Origin: an uncultured virus (IMG/VR IMGVR_UViG_3300020716_000002)
Lineage: Duplodnaviria; Heunggongvirae; Uroviricota; Caudoviricetes
Length of the DNA stretch: 64,000 bases
IMG/VR virus record: IMGVR_UViG_3300020716_000002
Reading direction: 5' to 3' (one strand)
In this document: positions 27,901 to 34,787 of the stretch, piece by piece
How positions within the stretch are numbered: the first letter of the stretch is position 1
Layout: each line of letters starts with the position of its first letter
Made by a program: the position numbers and the translations under genes
Notes under the pieces: generated by a model
Databases searched by the model: none
Told to the model about the DNA's origin: nothing
Seen by the model: the letters and a program-made list of their open reading frames with translations, nothing else

Positions 27901-28970
27901 GCTGCAGTATTAACATAGTCACTAATTGCTTCTGCATCTGTTAAAGATAAATTTGCACCGAAACGTTCTGCTAGGGTTTGTATTTCCTCTCCGCCTGTTT
28001 CTTTAGCGCCTGTTACTGCTACGCGTTTAAGTATTTCAGTAACTAAGTTTTTAGCGGCGCCTTCACCAATTTTTAATGCGCCAAGTCCTACTCGCTCATT
28101 AATATAATCACCGACAGAATGTACTAATGCTGCGGGTAATACACGCCCTAAATTAATATCATTAATGTCTGTACCATTTTTTTCTGCTTCATCTAGCACC
28201 CGACCCATAACTTCACCAGCGCCATGCATACCCGCTTGAGCTATTTGTCCTACGTCTGCACCAAGACCCCTTGCCGCAGCAGATTTGTATGTACTTTTTA
28301 AGGCTTCTTCAGTTAGTATCTTCTTACCTTGTGCTTCGGTGTAAGCCTTCATTGCAGATTTACCTGCATCTTTAGCGATTTCTTTAGTAGCTCCCTTTGC
28401 TATTTCTTCAGCAATTGTTTTCTCCATTACCTCTTTAGCAGCCGTCTCAATACCACGCTCAACTAATTTTCTAGATAATGCAGCCCCAACTGCCCCAGGT
28501 AAAGCACCGACACCTGCTCCTGTAACCGCACCAGCACCAGCACCAAGTAATGAAAACGCAGCAGTTTCAGCAAGGTTTCCAACACCCGCACCCATTTGAT
28601 ATGGCAACCAATCGGTTACAACTGCGCCAATACCTTTGTGCCAAGCTTCTTCAAAGTCATCTGTTTTCTTAACGGTTTGTCTAGCTTTGCCAGACTCCAT
28701 ATGCTCTAAACCAGACTTTATAACTTCTTGACCGAACTGATCAGCGCCAAGTTTTTTAGCGGCAAGTCCTGTAAGCGCTTTAGCTGCGCCATATGTTTCT
28801 TCTAATGAACCTGGTGTATTACTAAGACCGCGTAAGAAATCACTAGATGTATCGTTTTCATCCAGTATTTTAGGACCTTTTTTCTTTTTGTCTAAAGGCT
28901 CAAACTCCCCCTTAAATTCTTCATATTTAGGAAGAGGATCAAACTTACCAGTGAATTCTTCAAAAGCCAT
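21912..28970 (-). CDS. giant internal virion/ejection protein (2352 aa); HExxH domain and LPD38-like C-terminus
   Basis: Last late gene; TILHEIVHAG motif; C-terminal VPWGFG..RPLLE..NKN..GQNIY resembles large polyvalent domain 38. Confidence 0.75.
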   Translation of the reverse strand: MAFEEFTGKFDPLPKYEEFKGEFEPLDKKKKGPKILDENDTSSDFLRGLSNTPGSLEETYGAAKALTGLAAKKLGADQFGQEVIKSGLEHMESGKARQTVKKTDDFEEAWHKGIGAVVTDWLPYQMGAGVGNLAETAAFSLLGAGAGAVTGAGVGALPGAVGAALSRKLVERGIETAAKEVMEKTIAEEIAKGATKEIAKDAGKSAMKAYTEAQGKKILTEEALKSTYKSAAARGLGADVGQIAQAGMHGAGEVMGRVLDEAEKNGTDINDINLGRVLPAALVHSVGDYINERVGLGALKIGEGAAKNLVTEILKRVAVTGAKETGGEEIQTLAERFGANLSLTDAEAISDYVNTAAASFGMAVIPSSVGGYRARSHAKDAEVLNGKAQQENSDTQKSTDEQKDAGRTKQSTLNPEHLSILKPAVGENNTALTDTADTTTEAIKNNNSVANRSIDEVSETNPNAPRKLTSLTPAEKNMTAEQIEARIAESQAKPPAKGKHAEKRADLIARLQNRLEELKNAEQPNGQPGGTSTAVVQPTDQGQPAAGAPGPDTSGVVSTGQDVGVPNAGETTKPSTVKGKVKAQPSPYMQKKIDDLIDQIDQLKDSGIPETNPTYVKKLTELNKLKAKNNISDGTEFFAHKDEGPVFKYDSSKSPEENTKAAMALQQHYEQDQKEKERLEKEKEQQLTKEEVAEREQKVQDKYPLAQAFYEEVSQEIKDQVESHNAKHDEISGRFKLVDEEHRKASDDVLDIQDKLDDLSSNEQNIKQSISEFEEDVKNTKNLNEKKLLQTKIDVLKNQLEKLVKENDPVAARLREQEAEARRKEEEALDRLMDIEDELKEHGPRLRQLPEWASAGTTSQNRLTDDKKDIYFSHITTGKKTREQHLAEHRKAARALLEYIENTTGRGRGYKQETLTAEQRRIINNYEENRDDAHRIFGIVFPRWDRLSQEAKDIYLQSIVDNSGLQHDDAFYKLGVQLINEKRNLTETQRQAEFDNINKYKRAATAISEKNQAKYAELREKVARSTSPITPYVAQKSAVSEAVIGMIKDNNINGVLKSLKEEPLRGDASVDNVTSRINKLVAGLLGNLQLATQIRFAKEGELSHDVLAKYDTKTDTVIYGKDGLTKSTILHEIVHAGTVKIIHLVKSGQTALLSAQQILGVKRLEEIMNQTKEILGDSYPKAYKNLYEFVAYAMTSKTFQDELHNYAPSIYHNELFASELGTKPAERIESIAGSMWTSFTKAIAKVLGVTKGNIGKSARANYLLEVSSAFEQILSVPQVGMDISETLNATKQAEKEGISKNTIFVEKDPRYEDKNPAPKSLVEKILYNFSYQGMKDVATNFVDERYEAKVLQNSWDAVGKIIRDPLKNFNNFYDKLNLAQSRAKGFFVKYLSEPSHDLDVAVSNFATQLGLPVDDARKRLHAIAEMFGEKERRHIKWLLFVPLSTKNVLNNGTLNPAQRRIDLIGDRSKGIPGIVHKVELDEAQLKQIRAELEALAKNYADPLGYGGIYENQSINENSDEYNALGLSVQDIADRQKEYNDPANAKMKQLAEKVFEASKKLTDATKELDKISGFWSFPVSNFVGIYDYQHYLPFKGVPEHAKIDAMLDPHRIGKGKEFQEITKGATGRTSTANDPLLQAMVDSIKAAGRAGRADLTQSLKNALPYHKKYNPEGTGILKGKIEYHIPFSERETFNFDKLKGGKSIFHYNKDGSIDVLLLDEGKVLDAIRRTYRETSPTIDLMNKVTSFFGKQHTRYNFQFAPLNFTRDSLTNAFFIGAKYGPRAAAAFVREMSDQIVINKGLPKAMEIAYLHERGDVLSQNKMKSFSDPKSKAYDPYKAAMLEYINNGGKSTYLMGYSLHSQLEELSKELGRNKLVRSKEQFEKLIDTWTDMFEFASRTAAFKILRDRFYQEELKKPDATKEGAMQAAIDHAVSETKNLANFEQVGKYGKSLGALYMFIRPSATGALTAIEAVTPAFMSVKEALSRQPTEIQSSKELSDKFIAQYKEKQSNARHMVAGLVAAGMITYWMASLMAPDDEWKRNAVKSDNMQQWTRFARFHIPGTDTVFQVPWGFGLGAFAAAGAQIAAALSGAQPIGDALSNIFLSISLDSFVPIPISKMPPAEMPLEFLLDSITPSIVRPLLEFAMNKNGLGQNIYNDQNRRFGDAFTGGDKIPEVYKTIARELAISSGGSIDWSPNTLYFLSNSYLDGVARLGEFGYGIFDLTQGRKDFSPKNDMFLFNSFFGAKSNVDSREFTKAEKQILDMEGKLNEFKKASPIAYANYMAKNPLAEVVVSSYNSQLNNNLNPLREEAKTYRLMQGLTPKQRDEILKNVTQRENLVKHNMVDMFKIYGVNP

Positions 28971-28978
28971 AGTAGCCC

Positions 28979-31945
28979 TTATTTTTCTCTAATTCTCTTG
29001 CCGTTAGGAAGTTCATATACATTTTTTCCTTCAGACGTACCTACAAGTTTAGCACCTTCTGGCAGACCTGTAGGGGCAGTTTCTTTACTAGATTCAGTCA
29101 AATCAAGACCTAAACCTTTAAGTTCCTGTTTTAATGCGCGATTATTTGTTTTTAAACTACTCAAACGATCCATTGCACTATCACCTTCAGTAACTGTTTC
29201 TTTAGCTTGTTGATATAACATTGGATTAGTTTTTTCCAAATCAGGCGCCGTCAATTGCATTTTTGCTTGAGCATAAGCACTATTAGGTTTCTTAAGTGCG
29301 TCTAGATTTTTCATAGCAACTTGCATTTCATTTTCGTTGTCTTTAATACTACTTAATACTTTTTCTTTCCATGAAAGTTTTTGCATTTGCCCAGCATTAG
29401 CTTCCCGTATTTTTGCAACCTCAATATCTTTTTTACGCTCTTTTTCTTTTTCTCCGCTTTCCCAAGTTTGTTTTTGTAGATCTGATTCTTTTTTAGCAGC
29501 TTCTTGACGTTGTCTAATTACGATCCTATTAGTATCTTCATTAACTTTATATACGTTATCTTGGGCTTCTTTTGTTTGTTTATCAGCTTCACTAATCATA
29601 CCCATCTTACGTAGGCGATCAGCTTTATCAATTTGCATGATAGAGGTATTGATCTTTTGCATGATTTCTTGTTGCTTATCTGAGTCTGCAATCATATTAG
29701 GTATTGATCTAGCAAACGCACTAAGTCCAGCTACAAGTGTGGGCCCAGGTGTAGAGCCCCATTTGGCAAAGAATTCTCCTAGACGAAGCTGACGTTGACG
29801 TTCGCCTTCTGCTTTAGCATTGGCTTTTTCTTTAGTTAACTCCTCTAAAGTTGTATCTTTACCAAGATATTTATCATACAACTTTTGTTGTATGTCCATA
29901 CGTTGTTCTGGAGTTATAGCGGCTTCTTTTGCAGCTCTATTCCAATTAGCTTGGGCTAATGCTCTTTCTGTTGGATCAGTAATTTGATTTATTCCAGCCG
30001 AAGCTTGTAAATCTAATTGAGCTTGCTGTTGCTGTTGTTGCTGTTGTGGATTAGCTGGTGGGGGTGGAGCAGCGCCCAATATACCTGGGTTAGCGGCGGC
30101 AAATCTAGTAGCCTCTGCTTCACCTGCATTACCTTCGTTAGCCCCACCAGGAGGCGCAATTATTTTTTCGCCATCCGCATAAGACATTATTCCGCCAGCT
30201 TTGGCTTGAGGCACTGCACTGCGCATCGCCATGATTTGCTGAATGTCAGATTTAATAGTTGGGCTTTGCGTTTTCTTTAGTTCTTCTTGCAACGCATCGG
30301 TTGGCATGTTTTCTAGATCAGCGCGAATAGCTCCACCGACATCATATGAATTGATACCAGTTGATTGAAGTCCACCTTGCGCACTTCCAGGCGCTCTAGA
30401 CAACGCACCAATAGTAGCTGCAGCTCCACCAGCACCAATTACTTGGTTCATTAAACTAGGGTTGGCTTGATATTGATTTGTGGTTGTAGCTTGCATAGGC
30501 AGACCACGCAACATATTTGACATCGTACCCAACTGCATAATCGGATACTGTTGAGCATTTGCATAATTCTGCATTGCCTGATTGATAACATTCTGGTTGT
30601 ATTGCTGTTGCTGTGCGCCAGTCTGATTCTGCAGGTTGTAGATATTTTCTTGAGAAGCAAGCTGTTGTTGACCAAGATTAGCCAATTGATTTGCCCCAGC
30701 CAATTGTTGACCAAGTCCAGTTTGTTGAGCATTGACTCCAGCCAATCCCAATTGAGAGCCTTGCATAGCTTGTGAGGCAGCTTGATTAGCTCCTTGAAGT
30801 CCAGTGGTATAGCCTTGCATAGCTTGTGAACCAGCTTGCCCAGTTAATTGTCCAGCTTGATTAAGACCTTGAAGCCCCAACTGTCCAGCTTGAGCGGCTC
30901 CTTGAAGTCCCATACCCATACCCTGTAGTGCTTGAGCATTTCCACTTAAAGCGGCTTGATTTGCTGCATTCATTTGCTGTTGGGCGTTACCAAAAGCTGT
31001 GTTATATGCGTTACTAACTAATTGGTTTTGCGCCAACATTTGATTTTGTTGGTTAAGAGAATCTTGAAGTGTGCCACGGCTACCACCAAACGCGCCAGCT
31101 TGTGTTTGTACACCTTGGTTAGCAGCTTGTTGCATCCCATATTGTTGATTCATTAACTGCATTTCTGGAGCTAATGTTGCTTGAATATAAGGATTCATGT
31201 AAGAATAAACTGACCCCGGTCCTTGCGACGCGTTCTGAGATTGCTGACCTAAACTTGCTCCAATATTTGCGCCTTGTGCTCCGACCATTGCGCCCATACC
31301 GCCATAGTTAGCGGATTGATTTGCATATTGTTGTCCTAACTGATTGGCTTGTCCGGCAAGTCCTGCTGATTGCCCTGCATACTGTTGTCCTGATTGAACG
31401 GCTTGATTACCAATATCTGTTGATTGACCTGCATATTGTTGGCCTGCGTTATATCCCGCCTGACCATATTGACCTGCTTGATTAACACTATTTCCAAACC
31501 CAGCAATACCTTGATTGGTTTGGTTCATTGCTTGGTTGTATTGATCTGGAGTTTGTAGTGCGCCAATACCTTGCTGAGCTTGAGTTTGTAATGGTTGGAA
31601 TCCAGCAACAGCCGCTTGAGCAGCTTGCGTGGCGCTAACAGGATTACCATTTGCATCCGTGGAACCATATGCTTGATATGGACTAAATCCAGTAATGTTT
31701 TGTACTTGTTGTCCAGTAGACGGATCAATTAATGGTGTACCGTCAGGATTTGTTGCGCCTTGAGTATTAAATAGTGTAGACTCCGTCGCGCCAAGCATAT
31801 TTGATACGTATGGTTGGGCATAGGTAGGAATATTTGAAGTGTTACTTGTAGAAGTATTGTTAGTTGGTCCAGGACTACCTCCACCTGTAGGATACAAACG
31901 AATACCGTCCGCTGAATAACCTTCAGTTCTTAAACGTGGAATCAT
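28979..31945 (-). CDS. internal virion/ejection protein (988 aa), Q/G/A-rich repeats
   Basis: N-terminal leader ending YPTGGG, GAFGGSR motif, GQQYAGQS repeats, coiled-coil C-terminus. Confidence 0.75.
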   Translation of the reverse strand: MIPRLRTEGYSADGIRLYPTGGGSPGPTNNTSTSNTSNIPTYAQPYVSNMLGATESTLFNTQGATNPDGTPLIDPSTGQQVQNITGFSPYQAYGSTDANGNPVSATQAAQAAVAGFQPLQTQAQQGIGALQTPDQYNQAMNQTNQGIAGFGNSVNQAGQYGQAGYNAGQQYAGQSTDIGNQAVQSGQQYAGQSAGLAGQANQLGQQYANQSANYGGMGAMVGAQGANIGASLGQQSQNASQGPGSVYSYMNPYIQATLAPEMQLMNQQYGMQQAANQGVQTQAGAFGGSRGTLQDSLNQQNQMLAQNQLVSNAYNTAFGNAQQQMNAANQAALSGNAQALQGMGMGLQGAAQAGQLGLQGLNQAGQLTGQAGSQAMQGYTTGLQGANQAASQAMQGSQLGLAGVNAQQTGLGQQLAGANQLANLGQQQLASQENIYNLQNQTGAQQQQYNQNVINQAMQNYANAQQYPIMQLGTMSNMLRGLPMQATTTNQYQANPSLMNQVIGAGGAAATIGALSRAPGSAQGGLQSTGINSYDVGGAIRADLENMPTDALQEELKKTQSPTIKSDIQQIMAMRSAVPQAKAGGIMSYADGEKIIAPPGGANEGNAGEAEATRFAAANPGILGAAPPPPANPQQQQQQQQAQLDLQASAGINQITDPTERALAQANWNRAAKEAAITPEQRMDIQQKLYDKYLGKDTTLEELTKEKANAKAEGERQRQLRLGEFFAKWGSTPGPTLVAGLSAFARSIPNMIADSDKQQEIMQKINTSIMQIDKADRLRKMGMISEADKQTKEAQDNVYKVNEDTNRIVIRQRQEAAKKESDLQKQTWESGEKEKERKKDIEVAKIREANAGQMQKLSWKEKVLSSIKDNENEMQVAMKNLDALKKPNSAYAQAKMQLTAPDLEKTNPMLYQQAKETVTEGDSAMDRLSSLKTNNRALKQELKGLGLDLTESSKETAPTGLPEGAKLVGTSEGKNVYELPNGKRIREK

Positions 31946-32349
31946 AATTTAATCCTCATAACCTGATGGGTGTTTTCCATACCCATTTTTTCATACATCT
32001 TAACTAGACTTCCTTTAGTCCAGCACTGTGCTTTTGTAGCCCCATGAAGTCTCATCCAATTTTTAGCTTCTTCAAATACGTGTTGCCTAACAATACCTTT
32101 ACCACCCATTAAATTAACATGGGCAACTCGTTCACGGGGATAATCAAAAAATTCAACTGTACATGCGCCTGTAATCCCAACTTCTGGTTCGTCCCATATA
32201 AGCAAAAATGTTTTACCTGTTCTAACTGAATATTCTGTTTGCTCTATTGTGTTTGAATCAGGATCAACGTCAATAGCTTTTTGAAGCAAAGGTGCGACTA
32301 TGGGCCATACTTTTGGCAATTGATTTGGGGTAATTTGATAGAGTGCCAT
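31942..32349 (-). CDS. GNAT-fold-like virion assembly protein
   Basis: Size, position before the ejection protein, HVNLMGG..F..AKNW..GA..C..K..MYEKMG pattern. Confidence 0.5.
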   Translation of the reverse strand: MALYQITPNQLPKVWPIVAPLLQKAIDVDPDSNTIEQTEYSVRTGKTFLLIWDEPEVGITGACTVEFFDYPRERVAHVNLMGGKGIVRQHVFEEAKNWMRLHGATKAQCWTKGSLVKMYEKMGMENTHQVMRIKL

Positions 32350-33911
32350 TATTTTGGTAAATATTTATCAGCGTTAATTTCTTTGCCTTGCTTGGGATTA
32401 CCTGTACGCGCCTCGCGTACTTTAGCCATCCAGTCATGAAGTTTCTTAGCCCCAGAATCCGTATCCCCGTTACCCATATGAGATACAACATCAGCAGGTA
32501 CAACAAATTCGCCTGTTGCAAGTCTTGCAGGTTGCCTACCATCTATGGTTGCAGGAATATTATCTGACATGCCATCACCAGGCCCCTTGAGTAGTCTTGG
32601 GTTTCCGCCATGAGCATAATGACCCAAGTGAGCTTGCATAATTCCGCCGTGCGCATTTGACTCTACATTGCTTTCATCCCCGCCTTGCGCAGCAGCAATA
32701 GCGGTTTGTTCCGCTTGTTTTTGTCTAATGAGAGGCGTCAAATTAACTTGTCCTATGCCACTCGTTGGTATATTGAGTTGTGGCCCTTGCATCAATGCAC
32801 GTTTATTTATTTGATTTTGTCTATACATTGCAGCTTGTTGGGGCGACATACCTTGAGTGCCTTGATCGCTAAACGATAAACTTGGGTTTGCAAAAGTTTG
32901 CGCAGAAGAAGCGGGAGCTTCTGATGATAATAGACTCTCATAGTAATTTAACAATTCTGCTTTATCAGAGACACTATCACCTGATTTAAATTGTTGAACA
33001 CCATTCATTCCTGTCACATCACTAGGAGTCGGTACTTGAGATATGCCTGTGTTGTACGGAGTATATCCATTGTGTGACATAGGATAATTTGTATTGTTCA
33101 TAGGAGACGGCGCCGCCTGCATGATACCGCCAATAGCCGCCCGTATTGGAAACATAGTTTGCTGTGCAACAGAAGTGCTTGGGTTTGGACGACCTGCGTT
33201 AAAACTATTTGGGTTAAATTTGTAGTCCGCAAGAATACCAGGCTGTTGTGGGGCTAAACCTGGTTGTGCGGGTTGGTGTCCTTGCTGATATTTACCGTAC
33301 AAATAAGCAGCCGCCATAGTAGATCTTATTGGATTTTTTTCTGCGTAGGCTGCGGCTTTATCAAAAGCATCCATACCTGTTTGAATACCTCTTCCAAGAG
33401 GTGTCTGCATAAAATCGCTATTTTGTGCGTTTATTTCACTTGTTCTAAAAGCTGATTGGTTAGCTGCTGCTTGGTCAGAGGCTGCTTGGTCAACTGCTGA
33501 TTGAAACCCATTGATACTATTAGCTCCATTCATCCCAGCATCAGCCGCTACATCCATACCACTTAAATTTGAAATACCCATAGATTGGGCCATTGGCTGC
33601 CCAGAACTTGGCATAAAAGATCGAGTCATTGCCTGCCCAGAATTTGGGATACTTGTAGCTTGAGCCTGTTCAGCTGCAGCAGCTGCATTAGAACCTGCGC
33701 CTGCGCCAATACCGCCAACAGCATTAGATCCACCCATTCCAGCATCAGCCGCTAAATCCATACCACTTAAACCAGCATTGGCAATCCCAGCCCCAACACC
33801 AGAAGCCGCAGTAAGACCCGCAGCAGTATCAGCAGCGGCGGCATCAGTTCCGCCTGCAGCTAGAAATTCCTCAAACGATGCACCTAGTACATCAGCGCTT
33901 AGGATTGGCAT
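32349..33911 (-). CDS. internal virion/DNA-injection protein with C-terminal GPGDG..GEFV domain
   Basis: A/G-rich N-terminus; YAHGG..GPGDGMSDNIPA..ARLATGEFVVPADVVS. Confidence 0.75.
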   Translation of the reverse strand: MPILSADVLGASFEEFLAAGGTDAAAADTAAGLTAASGVGAGIANAGLSGMDLAADAGMGGSNAVGGIGAGAGSNAAAAAEQAQATSIPNSGQAMTRSFMPSSGQPMAQSMGISNLSGMDVAADAGMNGANSINGFQSAVDQAASDQAAANQSAFRTSEINAQNSDFMQTPLGRGIQTGMDAFDKAAAYAEKNPIRSTMAAAYLYGKYQQGHQPAQPGLAPQQPGILADYKFNPNSFNAGRPNPSTSVAQQTMFPIRAAIGGIMQAAPSPMNNTNYPMSHNGYTPYNTGISQVPTPSDVTGMNGVQQFKSGDSVSDKAELLNYYESLLSSEAPASSAQTFANPSLSFSDQGTQGMSPQQAAMYRQNQINKRALMQGPQLNIPTSGIGQVNLTPLIRQKQAEQTAIAAAQGGDESNVESNAHGGIMQAHLGHYAHGGNPRLLKGPGDGMSDNIPATIDGRQPARLATGEFVVPADVVSHMGNGDTDSGAKKLHDWMAKVREARTGNPKQGKEINADKYLPK

Positions 33912-34263
33912 GGACTACTCCTTCAATTTCAGGTGACTCAAGACCTGTGCCACGAAGATTGTGTATACAGCAAAGGGCGACGTTATCCGTCAAAGCTTTA
34001 AAGGCGTGTTTTTTACCCGCTGCAATCCTAATAACTGCTGGGGCATTAAATTGTCCAAGACACTCACCGTCTTGCCATGCTTCAATAGACCCGCCAGATA
34101 CTAAAGTAATATGGTCGTGGACATGGACATGTTGCGTTATTATAGTATTAGTTAATGCAACTGAATAGGCTTTGATCCAAATATCGTCAGCTTCTATAAA
34201 CTCGACATAATCCAACTCAACAGGAGTTGTATGATGGGTTTTTCTTAGTTTTTCTATGTCCAT
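33892..34263 (-). CDS. cupin-fold protein
   Basis: QHVHVHDHITLVSGG...KHAF cupin motifs. Confidence 0.75.
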   Translation of the reverse strand: MDIEKLRKTHHTTPVELDYVEFIEADDIWIKAYSVALTNTIITQHVHVHDHITLVSGGSIEAWQDGECLGQFNAPAVIRIAAGKKHAFKALTDNVALCCIHNLRGTGLESPEIEGVVHANPKR

Positions 34264-34271
34264 GTTTATCC

Positions 34272-34787
34272 TTACTGTAAAGCACTGCCATATATGGCGG
34301 CGTTAATATCAGAAGTATTGCTACTGTTGTTTGTAATTATTATGCCAAATGTATTGTTATATGTCCCAACTGATAGGGTAAATGAATTACCTCCCGCACT
34401 GCCGTTTGCTGTTGCAATTTGTGTAAACGTTGCCCCACTATCGCCTTTAACGTAAAACACGGAATAAGTTGTTGTTGTTCTGGTCGTTGCGTTTTTTAAA
34501 CAACCTACTACAAGAAATCCAATAAATGTTTGATTGGTATAAGTAAACGGCACAACAACTTTACCCGACGCCGCAACGCTAAGCGTAGACACATTGGATA
34601 TTTGACCCGCCCCCGATGGACCTTCTATGCTATTTAAATTTTGAATAAGATTGCCAACAGCCGTATTTAGCTGGGTTAAGTAAAGTCTAAATACGTTATT
34701 AAGTTGGTTTTGATAACCTTGATCATACGCCGTAGGAGGAATATTAATCTGCGGAACTGCTGGTAAAACAATGCTTGTATTAGCCAT
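34272..34787 (-). CDS. tail-associated structural protein
   Basis: Follows the nozzle; N-terminal helix LRLY-like (FRLYLTQL) and beta-rich C-terminus. Confidence 0.6.
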   Translation of the reverse strand: MANTSIVLPAVPQINIPPTAYDQGYQNQLNNVFRLYLTQLNTAVGNLIQNLNSIEGPSGAGQISNVSTLSVAASGKVVVPFTYTNQTFIGFLVVGCLKNATTRTTTTYSVFYVKGDSGATFTQIATANGSAGGNSFTLSVGTYNNTFGIIITNNSSNTSDINAAIYGSALQ

